From: the human T2T-CHM13v2.0 reference genome, Homo sapiens
Assembly: GCF_009914755.1 (NCBI RefSeq)
Contig: NC_060934.1
DNA length: 64,000 bases
Reading direction: 5' to 3' (one strand)
Within the stretch, counting starts at the first letter, position 1. Each line of letters begins with the position of its first letter. Below, one piece after another: positions 37,681 to 52,900 of the stretch. Under the pieces are notes generated by a model, which ran no database searches, was not told where the DNA came from, and was given only the letters and a program-made list of their open reading frames with translations. The translations under genes and the position numbers were made by a program.

Positions 37681-40600
37681 AGTTGAATGAGTTACCCTAA
37701 TATTTGCAAATGGGAGATTTCACACAGAAATACGACCACACTGGTCTAGAATCCTTGCTGGTTGAGGTTAAGGAGTGGCTGCCCCATCAGCTTGCATGCA
37801 CGTGCTTCCTCCACATCACCTCTGCTCCCACCAACTAGAGCTGAATTTACGTTCTCTACTAGGCCCTCGCAGGCTTTGAGTTGGAGAGGCTTAAATGCAG
37901 GCTCTCCACAGTGGTTATTCAAAGTGTGGTCCCCGGACCAACAGCGACAGCACCACCAGCTTGTTAGAAATGTAGAGTCTGGAGCCCCACCTTGGATCTG
38001 CAGAATCAGAACTGCATTTTAACAAGAGCCCCAGAGAATTCATATGCCATTACGTTAAAGAAGTGCTGGGCTATGAGATGATGTTGCCATAGTAACTTTC
38101 CTTGGGGAACTGCCCATTTATGAAGTGGTGCATAATGGTTAAGGGCACACGCTCTGGATCCAGATCCCAGCTCTGTGATCTTGGGCAAGTTACTTCACAA
38201 GGATAAGGATAGTAACTACCATATAAGACTGTTCTGAGGATTAAATGAGCTGAGGAGTAAATGCAAAACATTTAGAACAGTGCCTGGCACACAGAAGACA
38301 AAACAGGAATATTAATGCCATTGTTATTTATTAATGTAGAACAAAAAGTGGTATATAAAATTGGTACATAGTTTCTTCCTTTAGTAATCATGCCTCTTTG
38401 TCCCAGGCGCCATTACTACCACTTGGTGATAGCCTGCTAGAATTTCAGACAAAACATTAAGAGGGGACATACGTGCTGAGTGCGCAGATCTAAAGTTAGA
38501 AAGTGACACCAACACCACCCTGATCTCCTGGGCCCACTGCCTAACGTCTTTGGATCCTCAGTGGCCTTCCTGGCAGCTGTAACATTCTTGGGAGAAGGTT
38601 CAGCCTGAGCTCCAGGGCAGGGCTGCCCTCAGCACTGGTCAGATCTGAGAAAGGGGTCAGCCACACCCAGGGGAGTGCTCAGTGGGCAGCTAGGGCCCGG
38701 GGCCAGTCAGTTTGTAATAGAGGGGTCAACGTGTGCCTCTGAAGGCACACTGAGCTCTGTTGATCTCAAGTTAGTGCATGTCCCTCTGACTGTTTCTGGT
38801 GCTACCTTCTCCTTCACCTGGGGTCTGGAACCTGTGACTTCTAAGCCACCCCCTCTATCACAACCCCTCATCTTCCATTATCTGAAATAAAGCACTGGAT
38901 GAACTCACTCCCCCATGTCTCCCCAGAAGCATCTACGTCTTCAGAGGGGATGAGGGGGCAGGCATGGGTGCCTCCCTGATGCTGAGGTCTGAGACTCCTT
39001 GATTGAAGGTGGGAACTTGGGGACTCTCACCAGCCAGGCCCACTCTGGATCTGGTTCTGCAGGCCTCTGAGCTCAGAGAGCTCACAGGACCTGGTGCCTG
39101 GCCTCACACAGTTGGGGCAAAGGACAGGGGTCAAGGTACCAGAAGGAGGGGTCAAGTCATTCCAGGACACTGGGCAGAGTGAAGCGTGGGGACTGGGGCC
39201 AGACTGGAGGTGGACTCTGGGAATTTGTTCCCAGAGCCCCTGCTTCAGAAATGAACGGGAAGAAAACCCACACAGATAAAGAAGACACTGAGTGAGAACC
39301 GAAGGGAACAGGAAGATGAAAGAGAAGAGCGAGGGGTGAGCCAGGAAGCACAGACGCACCATGTAATTAGAAAAGCAGCCGTCTGGAGCCGTCCGTCAGG
39401 GCGTGTGGGCTGCTTGGCAGGCAAGGGATGGGGCCCCAGCCTCCTGCAGGACCAGACGTCCTCAGCGCACCATTCCCACGGCTGCTGTCAGGCCAGGCAC
39501 TGGGAGGGCCCGGCTCCAACACGCCATTGCATGGGATGTGGCTCCAATTGTGGTCTCCAGGGCCAGATGCCTGCAATGACATCTGGCTCTGCCTGTGACT
39601 ATCCAGGGAGTTCCTCGCCAAGTTATTCAAACTCTCTGTGCCTTGGTTTCCTCATCTGGAAACCAGGATGATGATAAAGGACCTGCCTCCCGGGGCTGTT
39701 GGGATTTGACACATTCATGCGTGTAAAGGTCTCAGCTCAGTGGTTGGCACACTGCAAGTGCTCGGTCACCATTAGCTATTTCAGGGTGATTCTCTTCTTC
39801 GTTGCCTGCACTAGGAGAGGGAGCAGAGGTGTCTGAGGTATTGCCGAGGCTAGGGCTGAGGTCCACAGGCATTAGTCCCAGGAGGATGGTTCCAGAGATG
39901 GGAGGGAAACCTGGGAGGGATATCTGGGTAGCTCTCTATCCCTGGGTAGGAATGGACTGGCAAGCAAAAGAAGAAACAGCATTAGGCATCTTCGCTTTCT
40001 AGAATTCTCATGGAAGGACCACGCTGCAGAAGCTCTGGGGACACTGCTGGCAGAGGTTGAGGAAAGAGGAAAGAGAACTGGCATTTGTGTGGCACCACCT
40101 GTGTGCTGGGCTTTATGCTTAGGACTCCACAGCCCGTCAGACCCCCAGCCAACTCTCCTGGAATCCTGTGGGGCAGGGGACATTATCAACCTATTAACAG
40201 ATGGTGAAACTGAGGCACAGGGAAGGGGTGGGACTTGCCAAAGTGCTTCCAGTGCGTGAAGGGCAGCAGGCTAGGCTCAGCAGGCTCTTCCACAAGGCCA
40301 CACTTGACCCACCTCTTCTGTCTGCCACCCCCAAAATTGCCCCCACCATGATGGAGGCTTGTGTTGGTGGGGAGAGACCCCCAGCAGGAATTTTATAAGA
40401 AAATTCCTAGGGCCTCCCCTCAGCCCAGTCCAGTGTCAGGCCTTGGCGGTGACCTCGGTAGAGGTGGCCTACAGGGCAGGGGTAAAGGCAGTGGATGGAG
40501 GAGAAGAAGGACTGTGGGCAGCTCTTAGCAGCAAGGAGCCATTTCCTGGAAGGGTTCAGTCCCGATGTTGTTTATGCTTACAAATGAGGGCAGGGCCAAG

Positions 40601-43544
40601 GGGAGAAGGAATTTCTAACGGAACAAAGGCTTCTCTACTCACCACACACCCCCCTGCCTCCTCCCAGAAAGGCACGGCCTCTTCTCATAAACTTCAGCAT
40701 GAAACAGACGGTAACTGCTGACAGCACTGCAGGGGCCACCACCCGCCCGGCTGGGAAGGAAGCCAGGCCTGACCAGGCTCTCCTGACCCAGGCCCCTGCC
40801 ACGTACCCCTCTGGGGGATCACATCTGCCAGGAGCCTGGGCAAAGCTCACTGGAGCTCAGAAACCACTCCTTGTAGCACAGACAGGCCCTTTGGGGACCA
40901 GAGAGGCAAGGGGACTCACTCAAGGACACACTCAGTAAATCTGACTGAGCTCGGGGGAGGGAAGGATCCTCTGACTTCCAGAGTGAGGCTGGGATCCTCA
41001 CACGAGGGCAGCCTGGGAAGTGGGAAGCTGTGGCCAGTATGGGGGTGGGAAGGAGGAGCCAAGCCAAGGAGCAGAGAAGGCAGCGCTGCAGGGCGGGGAA
41101 GTGGGAGGGGCCCCCCGGGCAAGCCAGCGGCTGCGGAAGAGATGTGGAGGAGGCTCACACTCTCTGGGCACTTCTTCAGAATGGTTCAGTGTTTTCTTCC
41201 CATCCCTGCGTGAAATCTCTTGAGGTTGGCTGGGAGGTGGTGAGCTGCCTTTTACTGGGGGTATGCAAGCAGAGGCTGAGAGAACAAGTATCAGGGAGGC
41301 TGCTGAGGGGGCCTTTGCCCTGGTCAGGCAGGTGGATCTGGTGACTCTGGAGGCACTTCCAACTCTACAGTCCTCCCAACCCCTGCAGCTGGTAAAGGCC
41401 AACCAGGCAGGTGTGGAGACAGGCACTCTGAGATGCTGCTGGGGTGGGGGCTGAACAGGTATATTCTCCTACTGTATTTCTATAGGACAACTTCAAACTT
41501 CTGTAAGCCTTCAAACTTTAAAAAAATGTGCATTCCTTATCCTAAGCAAATCCATCTCTGGGCGACTATCCCAAGGAAATTATCAGACATGCGGACAAAA
41601 GGGGTGTTCAAAAATGTCCATTACAGCATGAGTTAGGACAATGTAAATCTGGAATGAGCGAAACATTCAACAACAATGCCCGGGTTCCCTAAATTACGTT
41701 ATACCCTTTGGATGAATGACAATAAAGCCATTAAAATAGTTATGGTGATTTTTGTTCGGGGTTTGGGAAAATACTTATAAAGAGAGCAGGATAAGCAACC
41801 GAAGATAACCGCTGCACAAGAACAGGACTGGCAGGAAAGCAGCCACAAGGGCTGAGAGACAGGACTGTTGATGATCTTACTTCTGCAGCTTATGCTCTGT
41901 CTTAATGAATGAATTGCCTTTAATGAGTGGGTATGGCTTGGAAGAAGATGGTAGCCAGCCCACTCCCTGGCCTGCAGGCCCCTCCTGCCCCCTAGGGGGC
42001 GCACTGTGCTTTCCCAAGGTGACAGAAACCCCACAGAGATGGTGGCTGTGGCCACACTCCTGCCCCTGCAGGTGTGGACCCTGGGGCCTGGGCACTGGCT
42101 GGCTTCAGGCTGCTGGTTCTGTTGGATCATACTCATGTCCATAGAGCTAGCCCCCCAACTGTGGAATGCACTCCCCACCCCTGGGTCCCTTCTGCTCCTT
42201 CCATTTTAAGGGAAGCCAGACATGTCCACACACTGTCACGTGACACCACAGCCTGACTGGTCACTCCCCTCCAGGTGCTTGAAGTCCCACCACGAGTGAG
42301 TGATCCTTTAGGGTGAAGCTTGATCTCCCCATCCCTTTTAGACAATGAGTCCCTTTTGCACAGAGGTGACATTGTGGCCTTTGGTTGTTGAGGCAGAGAA
42401 TCATAGGGACCAGGAGGAGAGCAGGGTGGGCACTGAGAGCCTGAGGCTGTGCCCTGCACGCCAAGACTCCAGGCTGCACTGTGCCCCAGGATGCACGGCT
42501 TCTGCCCTCTGGATATGGGTTCCAGCTATAGGCCTCGATACCTCCCAGCCTGAGGTATGTGCCTCACCCCCAGACCTGGCCTTGCCACTCCCATCTGCAC
42601 AGGGGCGCAGGCCTGTGCCCTGCCAAACCCTGGGATGGAGAAATCACTGTTGCTCCAACATTGGGTATTTTTGGTCAGGGCCAGGCACTCTTTGTGTCCC
42701 GACAACCATCCATGAGCTAAGTACGGTTAGTCCCAGGTTTCAGATGGGAACGCTGACGCATGTAGAGGTTACATGGCTTGCCCAAGCTACGCTGCCAGGA
42801 AATGGGGCAGTCCAGATCTGAGCCCAAGCCACCTAACTTGGGCTCACTTTCTAAATTGCTACACAACATGCCAGGATTGCACAAAGAAGAGACCCACCAA
42901 GCCGGGATGGTGAGAAACGGGAAGGGGCCGCTGTTCTCATGGGTCCTGGCATGCTGGGGGCATCCCTCCCCATCTCTGGGCCTCAGTTTTCCCATCTCCA
43001 GAATGAGAGGTTGGACTGACTGCTGGGCAGGGTCACTGGCCTCCCAGGAGGCCCATAACTCAGCATGTGCCTGGCAGCCCACTCACGCTCCGCCCTCCCA
43101 TGGAGCACAAGGCCGACCCCACCGTGCGTCCAGCTGAGAGGCTCTGGCTGGAGCCAAGAGGAGCAGGGGGAGGAAATAAAGAACAGATGGGCTGCCTGCT
43201 GGCCCCTGTCCTGCCCGGTCTGCCCAGTCTGCGTGCTTTCCTGCAGCCCGGCCGCTGAGGTGGCCCTGGGCTCCAGTCTACCTTCCCAGAGAGGAAGAGC
43301 CCCGGTCTCAGGAGTTCGAGAAAGACTTTCCACTGATGTAGAAACAGAGGCCACAGGGGTGGGGCAACTAGTCCACAGAGGGGGCGCAGGGCTGACCACG
43401 GACTCACGACCCCAGCCCAGGATCCTCTGTGTGGCCTTGCTGGCCCTTTCTGGAGGCCTTTACCAGAGGAGGCAGAAGGTCCCTGGTCATTCTCCCTAGT
43501 GTCTCTCCTTGAGCCTGGGGCAGTGCGGAGTAAACAGGGGATAG

Positions 43545-43911
<367 letters not shown>

Positions 43912-46900
43912 AGAGCCTTGGTTTTTCTATCTTCCATGTGAGGGGGCTGCTCTGGTGGAGCTGGAGACACTAGCATTCAATGAGCACCTACAATGTGCCA
44001 CACGCTTTCTGACCTGGCTCTCCAGAGCTCTTTCATTTAACAGGAGAGCAAACTGAGGTACAGAGAGGCCAAGCAACCTGCTCAAGGCCACACAGCCATG
44101 GAGCCAGAACTTAAACCCAATTTGCTGACTCCAAAACGACACTTTCCACTGAATGTGCGGCCTCTCCGTGAGACGGTTGAGAGAAAATTAAAGAAAAAGC
44201 CTGCTCCTAGGAACACAGCCGCACCTCTTACCTCCGACCCTGGCCACCACCTCAATATTCATTTGTTCACCTAATTTACACTGAGCACCCACTCTGCACC
44301 AGGCTCTGTGGAAAATTCCAGAAATATGGAAACAAGACAGATGAAGAATGCCCTGTCTTCATGGAGCTCTCAGTCCAAGGCCTTCCAAAGAAGTCAGCCC
44401 TGTGACCCTTTCCCCAACCGTGACCCACACCAGTCGCGAACTCCCCTAGCCACATACTCCTGGGCTCAAGCCCAAGTCAGACTCACACCTGTGAAAACAC
44501 ACTTGGATTCACGCCCTCAGGCAGAGGCCAGACAGACCTCCCAAGTGACAGGCATGGGACCTATGCATGCCACATGAAATTATCTCTGATCACTGCCACG
44601 GCCTCATTGAATCAGCACTCTTAACCCTAATGACGGATGAGGAAACTGAGGCTCGAGACAGGGGCAGCAAGTCTGCCAAGTGCCGAGCCCCTGGCTTTTC
44701 CTTCCCCTCTGTGCTCTGTGGTACTGCTTTAGGGACCAAGCAAAGACCTCCACACTCACATGTCCACATGCACGGCCGGGGGAGGCAGGTGGAAGGGCTG
44801 CGTCCCTGCAGCCTGGTCTGGGCAGCTGCAGGCTCCACGGAGGCCCCGGAGGAAGCAGGCGGTCAGAGGGACAGGTGGGCTGGGCCGCGGCCTGCAGGAT
44901 GCTGGGAGGGAGGAAGGACGCGGCAAGAGGCCACCCGGGGCTTCCTCTGGAGCCTCAAGGGCCTCCTTGTCTGCGCACAGCCGTCCTCGCCTCCTTGCCC
45001 AGGGCCCCCTCCCCTCTTCTGGGTTCCTGCTGCAGCCCAGCATGGGCCCAGAAGGCCTGGCCTCTTGTCACCCCTCCCACCCCCGTTCCCAGCCCAAAGC
45101 CACCACAAAAATGCCATCCTGATTCCACAACACTAGGGTTTGTCAAAGTGCAAGGAACAATGGGAGCTTTCACAGGGACAGGAAAAGGCCTCAGGAAAAC
45201 CCTGGGGAGGGGGGCATGGAGTCGGGGTGTGGAGAGGAGGGAAGGGAGATAGAGAGGAGAAAACAAGCGGGGGACAGAGAGATGAGGGAGAGATCCTGGA
45301 GAGACAGGGAGTGAGGACACGATGTTGGGAATGAGGGGCAGGGAGTGAGAGAGCGCCCGTCAGAGCAGATAAGAGGAGAAGGGGGGACAGGGTGCCCAGG
45401 AGAGGCGAGACATGATGCAGAAACAAACCAAAAGGGCTGGGAGACAGAGACATTCGGGGGAACGGGGCCCACAGAGGCCAAGGAGCCCCTCCAGGACCCA
45501 GAGAAGTGCCAAGCCCCCCAACACCCCGTGCCTCCAGCCCTGTGCCCGGCCCTGAGGCGCTGCTGCCCAGAAGGCAGCAAGAAGCCCCCTCTCCAAATCC
45601 CACCCCAGCCAGGCGATTTGAAGTAATCTCAGGCAAAACTTTTTGGAAAGCAAAGACATTTTAATCACATGAACAGCCACTCCCTAAGTTATCTGTTTCC
45701 TGCTCTGGCTTTCCTCCCTTAGCAAACCACACGGATCAGAGCGGAGGGGAGGGAGGGGAAGAGGGGCCGGTCCAGAGGGGTGGAAAGCTTCCGAATCACA
45801 GGGATTGCAAAAGACAGAGGTTTCCTCCGCCACTGCAGAGACAGGGATTGCTGGCTGCCTTAGTGGGTGGATGGAAGATCTGCAGCCACCCTGCTGTTTG
45901 CTGATTGCTGGAGGGGACTATTGAGTTTGAAAACCATTTGTTGTTTCCAGATCTTGCACATCCCTCTTTGGGTCCCGTTTGCTCAGCAAGACCTTTCTTC
46001 CGACTGCACCTCTCTCTCCTGCTGCAGTCACCGCCTGAGTTGGGCCAGGCAGAATCTCCCCAAATACTTAAATGAAGGCCCACTTCAGGTTTGGGCCTCA
46101 CTGCAGAGCTGAGATGAAACATGCAAGGCATTCGGGCCCCTTCCCCTTCTGGCCCCAGCTGACCTTCCACCCACAGCACTTACACTCAAATAAAGAAAAG
46201 TCACTCCCTGCAAGTGACATGCTGCCCATCTGTGCCTTTTTCTTGCTGTTCCCTGTACCCAACACTTCACCAGTGAACAGCCATGTACCCTTCAAGAGCA
46301 AGCTCCAGGGGCACCCTGGTCTCCCTGGCCCAGAGAGGGCTAATGCCCTGCTCAGGAGCTCACTCCACTGCTGAGTCCCAGGCTGGCTGGTGTGGAGATA
46401 AGAACCCACCCGCCGCCTTGCCCTGGAGAAGGCCCTCTCCCTGAACTTCCAGGGGACTCTGTGGTTTGCACCACACGCTTAGCTCCAGGAAAGGCGAGAG
46501 ACATATCTTCCCTAGGTCATGTCCTGCCCTGACCCAACCTCCAGCTTGCCAAACTCAGAGATTTCACCCGAAATTTAAAAGAAATTCCCCTACTGCCATC
46601 TTGTTTCCCACAAGCCTCTCTGTGTGCTGCAGTCAGGTGCACCCTCCACACCTCTCACTTCTATGGTAGCACTAGGCTCAGGCTGGGGCTCAGAATCCTT
46701 TGGCAGCTGGAGGGGACACCAGGAGTGGCAGTGCCTGCAAAGGGTGAGGTGTGAGGTGGACAGCAGAAGTTAGGGCAGGGTGGAGGTCACGCAGGTAGGA
46801 GGTGGCAATGCCAGGGCTGATCGTGGCGTGGGCTCTGTCCAGTCCCAGGACGCCTCCTTGGGCAGTGCTGAGCACCCTGGACGGCTGTCTTGAGCTAGCA

Positions 46901-49900
46901 GCGCCATTTGCACAGGGCAGCTGGCCCCTGGCTCTGTGTCTGAAGGCGTCCCTGGCAAGGCCTGGATAGACATGGCCGTGACCAGCCCAGCCTTCCCTGG
47001 CTGGAGGGAAGGTGGTGGGTCAAGAGGTGGAAAGGCCTCAGCCTGGAGTGAGGCTTTGGGTGTGAGGGCCACAGCCCTGGGAGGAGGGGACAGGGGAGCT
47101 CAGCTCAAAATAGTGATGGGGGAAGGGTGTGCAGGGTGGCCAAGTGCCAGAAAAGAAATCTGATCTGCCCTGGCCAGTGAAATGCTGAAGTCAGCAGTTT
47201 GGGGCCACTCTGGCAGAGGCCTGGGGGCTGAGGCCCCCACTGCTGCCTGGCAAGAGGCTGTGGGCGTGACTTCCAGCCTCGCAAAACCCTCACATAAATC
47301 ACCTCCTCTCTCTGGGGTTCGATCTCCTCATCTGGGTAGAAAGAGAAGCAAACTTTCCATCTCTGGGTGAGCGCTGGAGCTCACAGCACTTAGGAGACTG
47401 TGGCAACCACAGACCGGGGTGGAGAGTGCTGAGTCTCCCCTGCATGCTGGGGCTGGCCACGCACACAACCTGTAGGTAGCTTCATTGTGATCCCATTTCC
47501 AGGTGAGGAAATAGAGGCTCAGAGAGGTTAAGTCACCTGTCCAAGGTCACAAAGCAAATAAGCAGAAGGCTTCGAACCATGGCCTTTCTCCCTGTTGCCC
47601 AATTCCCTCCTTGCTGAGTGAGATATCGGAGGTCCAGAAGGCCATGGACAGGTACAAAAGACACCTGTGGCACCTGTTCTTCAATTGGGTGGAGGGGAGC
47701 TCTGCAGAGGAAGAGCTGCTCTTATGTGACTTTTACAGGGGGGTCGCAGGGAGGAAGGAAGCCTCACATTTCCCACCCCTGCTGACCCTGCTTCTTCACC
47801 AAGGGGCTGGAAAGACATTCCCAAACTGACCTTTCTCCACTGTCCCCAAAGGCGAGGGTGTTCTGTGCAGGAAGCTCTGCAGGAAGCAGGATGATGGAGT
47901 GTCCCCAAATGGTCACTTCCCCTGCCTGGGCCCCAGGTTCCCTGGCTCTAAAACCCTCACAGCTCCTGCTATGTGTGGGGTTACCTCCACCAGCCATTTC
48001 ATCCTCCCTGTAACCCCTACAGATGAGGAATCCAAGTCACAGAGAGGTTAAGAGATTTGCCTGAGGTCACACAGGCAGGAAACAGCAGAGCTGGGATCTG
48101 AACCCAGGCCTGACTGACTGCTGCAACGCCGCATGCCTCCTACATGGCCTTGAGCTCTGACCTCCTTGCCCTTGTCTGTGGACAGCCCCACAGGACAATA
48201 ATCCCGCTGGTGCCCTGAAAAGGGAGGAGAAGGAGAAGGGGCTGGCTGGTGGTACTTGTTTTCATACCCACCTTTACACACCCCAGTCTCACTACCTGGC
48301 ACACCCTGCCTCCCAACCAAATCCAGTGGAAGCTGCACTTCCTCCGGGAAGCCTCCTTGACCCTTCTGGTCTCTGTCCCCTTGCCCCAGGGCTCCTCTTG
48401 TCACTCTCTGTGCCACAGTGCCACCCTAGGGCCCCCTCTACACCTGCTGAAGGCAAGCTGGACACACGCCCTGCAACCTGTGTGCACACATGGCCTCTTT
48501 GCTAGGGTCTGAGACAGCGCCTTTAAAGTGCTGATGGGGTGGAGCGCCAGCCAGGTGCAGACCTGCCCCCAGGGAGCGCCTGTCCCAGAGGAGCACTCGG
48601 TGGTGTGGGAGCCAGGCTGACTGTTGCACAGTAACCATGCCACACACAGGGCTGGGAGCACCAGTCCACATTCCCCAGCAGGAAGTGAAGGCTCATTCTG
48701 AAGCCATACGGCTGTGCTCGTCTTTCTGATTCCAGATTCCTGAGCCCCTGCTTCTAGAGCACACGCTCTTCTTCGCTCACGAGAGCACGCACAGGACCAT
48801 CGGGGCATTGGTACACTGCACGCTGCTGCCCTGGCCCCAGAGTCTCAGAATCAATAGGTCTGGGGAGGGCCTGAGAACCAGAGTCTCAAATGCCTGGGCG
48901 GTGCAGCTGCTGCTGGTCTGGGGACCCACCTAGGGAGCCACCGCCCCAGTGATCCTGGTCACAGTCTGTTAAAGTCCAGTCAGATACTGTCACCTCCATG
49001 CTGTCCCCATCTGCCCATTCTACAGCCCAGGAAACTGAGGCACAGAGAAGGCAAGTGACTTGCTCAAGCCATACAGGAAGTTAGGGTCAGAGCTGGGAGT
49101 GGAGCGCAGGGCTCCTCACCCCAGGAGCTGGGCTGGTTGCAGGACAGTGAGGCTGCTGGGCTTGAGAGGGGAAAGCCTGGATTGGGGGAGAAAGGCCCAT
49201 CTCTTTAAAAGCAAGACCGGCGGTGGTGTCAGTGGCGGCGGGGTACTGGGGAGGGCTGGCCTGGCTCTCCTGGCCCAGCCCCAAACCTGTGACTCCTCAG
49301 CATCTGGAAACCATCACCGGGAACAATGATCATGGAGCAGGAGGCCGGGCTGCTCAGGGGCTCCAGCCCTGTCTGTTCAGGAAGGCAAAGGAACACAGAG
49401 CCTGCAGGCACCTCCTGCCCCCACCTCCACCACCGATGTTTGCCTTGGCACCAACACACACAGCTCCCAGTGGGCCCAGCTGTTGGGAAAAGTCAGCCCC
49501 TGAGCTACAGATGTGGAGGCTGGTGGCAAGATTGGGTGCCCAGAAGCCTGGACGGAAGCCAGTTGACCCCAGCTTAGCTCCCTGCTCTGCCTGCACGACT
49601 CCTGGCTTATGATTATAGCACTCTGGGCCTCAGTTTCCCTGCAGGGAGCTCAGGGACTACCCAGGTTAGGCCAGCTGCTTACTATATACTGGCATGTATC
49701 TGACCAGCTTGATGCCTGGATCCCAGGTGCCCCCAGGGATCCCGCTTGTTGTCTGCAGGCCAAACAACCAGCCAGGGAGCAGGGAAGGCTTTGGAGCACC
49801 AATCACCACGTGCATTTACTTCCTTTCCACATGTGCCCTCGACAACTATGAATTAGGCACCCACAAGGCACTGGAGGAGGGTGGTTAACAAGACAGATGC

Positions 49901-52900
49901 AACCCCGGCCCCCATGAACTTACAGCCAGGCGCGGAAGAAAAGTAAGTATCCCATTCAGATCATTAAAGCTGTGATGAGAGATATGAAGGAATGGGGTGT
50001 CGTGGCAGAGGAGAATGGGGATCCCCTCTTCACAGTGAGAAGCCATACAGAAGGTCTGTTCAGGGCAGTCAACCATTCCCATTCCCAGTCTCTGACGGTT
50101 CACAGCCTAAACTGCAAAAGGTGGGTGTTTCTGACCTCCTTCCTGTCCCTGACCCAGTCCCTACACACTGCCACCAGCAAGCTCTGTGACCTGGGATAAG
50201 CCCCTTCCCTGCCTGGGTCTCAGTTTCCCCATCTGTCCATGATGGGGGGATAAAGTAAAATCAGGAAAGGCAAATACTTCTCCCTGTGTGTCCACTCGTA
50301 ACTTGCCACAAAACTACTGTGGTGTGAAGGATTCTGCAGCTATATCCAAGCTCGACAGGCAAGAATGGTGTGATTTTCGTGGTGCCTGCCCTGCCATGGC
50401 CGGGGGCAGCAGGCACACATGACTTGAGTTGGCATTCCTGACCTAGATGATCCCTAAAGATCCTTCCAATGCAAATAGTTCCATGAGTAGACAGCACACA
50501 GGCTTGAGAAGTGGACAGAGTCCAAGTCCTGGCCACTGCTTCTGCACACCTCTGGGCATGTAACAGAGGCTAGTTTTTGCCAGGCTTGGGCCACTTGGGT
50601 GCTGGGCTTTCAAAGCACAACCCTGGCTGCGGAAGCTCTTTAGAACTGTGACTCTTCCTCCAGGGAGCCTTTCCTACCAGCACTTCTAGCAGACATCTCC
50701 CCTGCCCTCCAGGGACCCCCTGTACCTTGTGGATCTCTGTAGGAAGCACTTAGGATACACCCCTCTCAGCTCGTGTGTCTGTCACCTCCTTCCCTGCCCT
50801 CTCCTCAGGGACAGAGACCCTGTAGGGGTCCCCTCTGATTCCCTGGGCCCAGCGTGGGTCTGGCACAGGACAGGGGGCTCTGGGGAGCAGGTGAAGGGCA
50901 AGTGACCATTTGGACATGACTATCAGCCTGAGAGAAGTATCTGGAAGAGAAAGCCAGAGGGGTAGGGGAGGTGTGGGGATGGGGCAGGCAGCGGCCTGGC
51001 AACTTCCTGGGCAAGCATGCTGGTCGCTGTTCCTGGTCCTCAGTGTGGCTATTGTCCCTGATGGTCCAGGGAACGGGCTCAATAGGGCCTCTGTCCCTCC
51101 CTGAGCAGGCCAGCCCAGCTCAGTGGTGTCCCACCCGGGCAGCTGGAAGGCGAGGGCCGACACTTCCTGTCCCCACTGCGAGTGTTTGGAGGAGCAGGGG
51201 GAGGACGGGGGCTCTCAAGACAAGCACCCATCTGTGTCCCCCAGAGAAGAGCTGCCCAGCTGGGGGAGGAGGCGGGAGAAGGGAGAGCAAGGCAGGGGAT
51301 GCGTTCAACCCTGTGCCTCCGCCCCTCCCCTCCCAGCCAACTCTCCCTCTGAGCTGGAGCTGTCAGGAGGCCCATTCTGGCCCTCTTGCTCTTCCTCAAA
51401 CAAGCCAAGCACATCTGTGCCTCACTCAGAGCCTCTGCACTTGCTGTTCCCTCTGCCAGGAATACCCTTCCCCCAGATGCCCACACCATTTGCTCCTGCT
51501 TCATTTGTCTCTACTCAAGTTGTCATGTCCTCAGAGACACCATCCCTGACAACTGTCTTTGAATATGACCTGCCACCATAGCATATCCATTGGTGTCAAT
51601 TTCTTTACTATTTGTCATCCTGCAAGATTGGGAACTGCATTCTTTCCTCATCTTTCTTGTTCACTATGGAATGTCCCATGCCTGGAGCAGCACCTGGCAC
51701 ATAGTAGGTACTCAATAAATACACGATGACCAGTCAGACAAAAGTAGCATGCTTGAACACTGATCTGGCCTTCTGGGATGTGCTCAGGATGAGCAGAGCC
51801 CCATGTTCTGGGAGCATCTGGCCAGCATGGCTGGGGAGGAGTGACGTCACAGTGGAAAGGGCCCTGTGGGGCTGGAGCAGCCTGTGCAAAGGGCTAGACC
51901 ACGGGAAGCATGGAGGGCTTGAGGCTTGGAGGCCAGGCCAGTCCAGGTCCTAGACCATATCTTAGAGTTAAATATCAGCCCAGGAGTATGGGAAGCCAGG
52001 GAAGCGCTGAAAATGCGAAAGTCTGCCTGGCATTGTGAGATCTCTTTGGCTGCTGAGTGGACAGAGGGGTTGGACATGGGGGGACCAGTTAGGGGGGTGC
52101 TGCCACATTGCTGGGGAGAGGTGGTGGGGGTGTGGTCTGGGGATGGGTGGCAGAGGGGAGAAGAGTGAGAGACCCCTGAGATGGCAGGAGGTTGAGTCAG
52201 CAGCACTTGGGCTAGCCTTGGGGGAGGAGAGCAAGGACTCAAGAGCAACTCCCAGGTGTGTGGCCTCAATCAGCTGCGGGGCTGTGGGGGCTGAGGCAGG
52301 AGCTCCCCTCTTGGCCCATGGTTGCCCTGGCTCTGACTGGGGGACAAGGCCAGGGTGGAGCAAGGGAAGGTGATGACGGTGTCTTGTGCCGGCAGTGATG
52401 GACGGAAGGAGGACTGGCCGTCACTGGACAGCAGGCAACAGTGATGGATGGCAGCCTCATGATAACTGTTTGCCCTGGCTCCTGTCCTCAGGAATCGCCT
52501 ATAAACCTGTCATGTGAGCCTGCTCAAGGTGCCCTTGGGGGTATGATCCACCCTAAAGCTGATTTGAAAATCACCTCGGGGCTGGTAAAAAGAGGCCTTG
52601 ACCTCTGTCTTTAGATTTACAGTCTAATGTGGCCAGGCATCCTGGCATGGTGCTATAATTAAACACACACACACTCCCCTGCAGGTGAGCAAATAGGCTC
52701 AGAGCAGGAACCATGTGAACACAGGCCACGGTGGCAGGCCAGGGCTTTCCCCACTGTTCCAAGTTGCCTGCTGGGCCCCAAAACAATTCTTCAGAGCCAT
52801 GAAGGAGGACTCAACGGAAGGGGTGTTGAGTCTGCAGCGGAAGAAAACCCAGGAGGGAGAGGATGGAACCAGAGTCTAGAGGGAAAGGTGGCCCCAGCCT

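Noticed and set aside
43372-43388. CTCF-like ccacagagggggcgc, and similar weak matches at ~53.4 and ~62.1 kb
   Set aside because: The 5' half of the core does not fit the consensus, so they are too weak to call without ChIP data.
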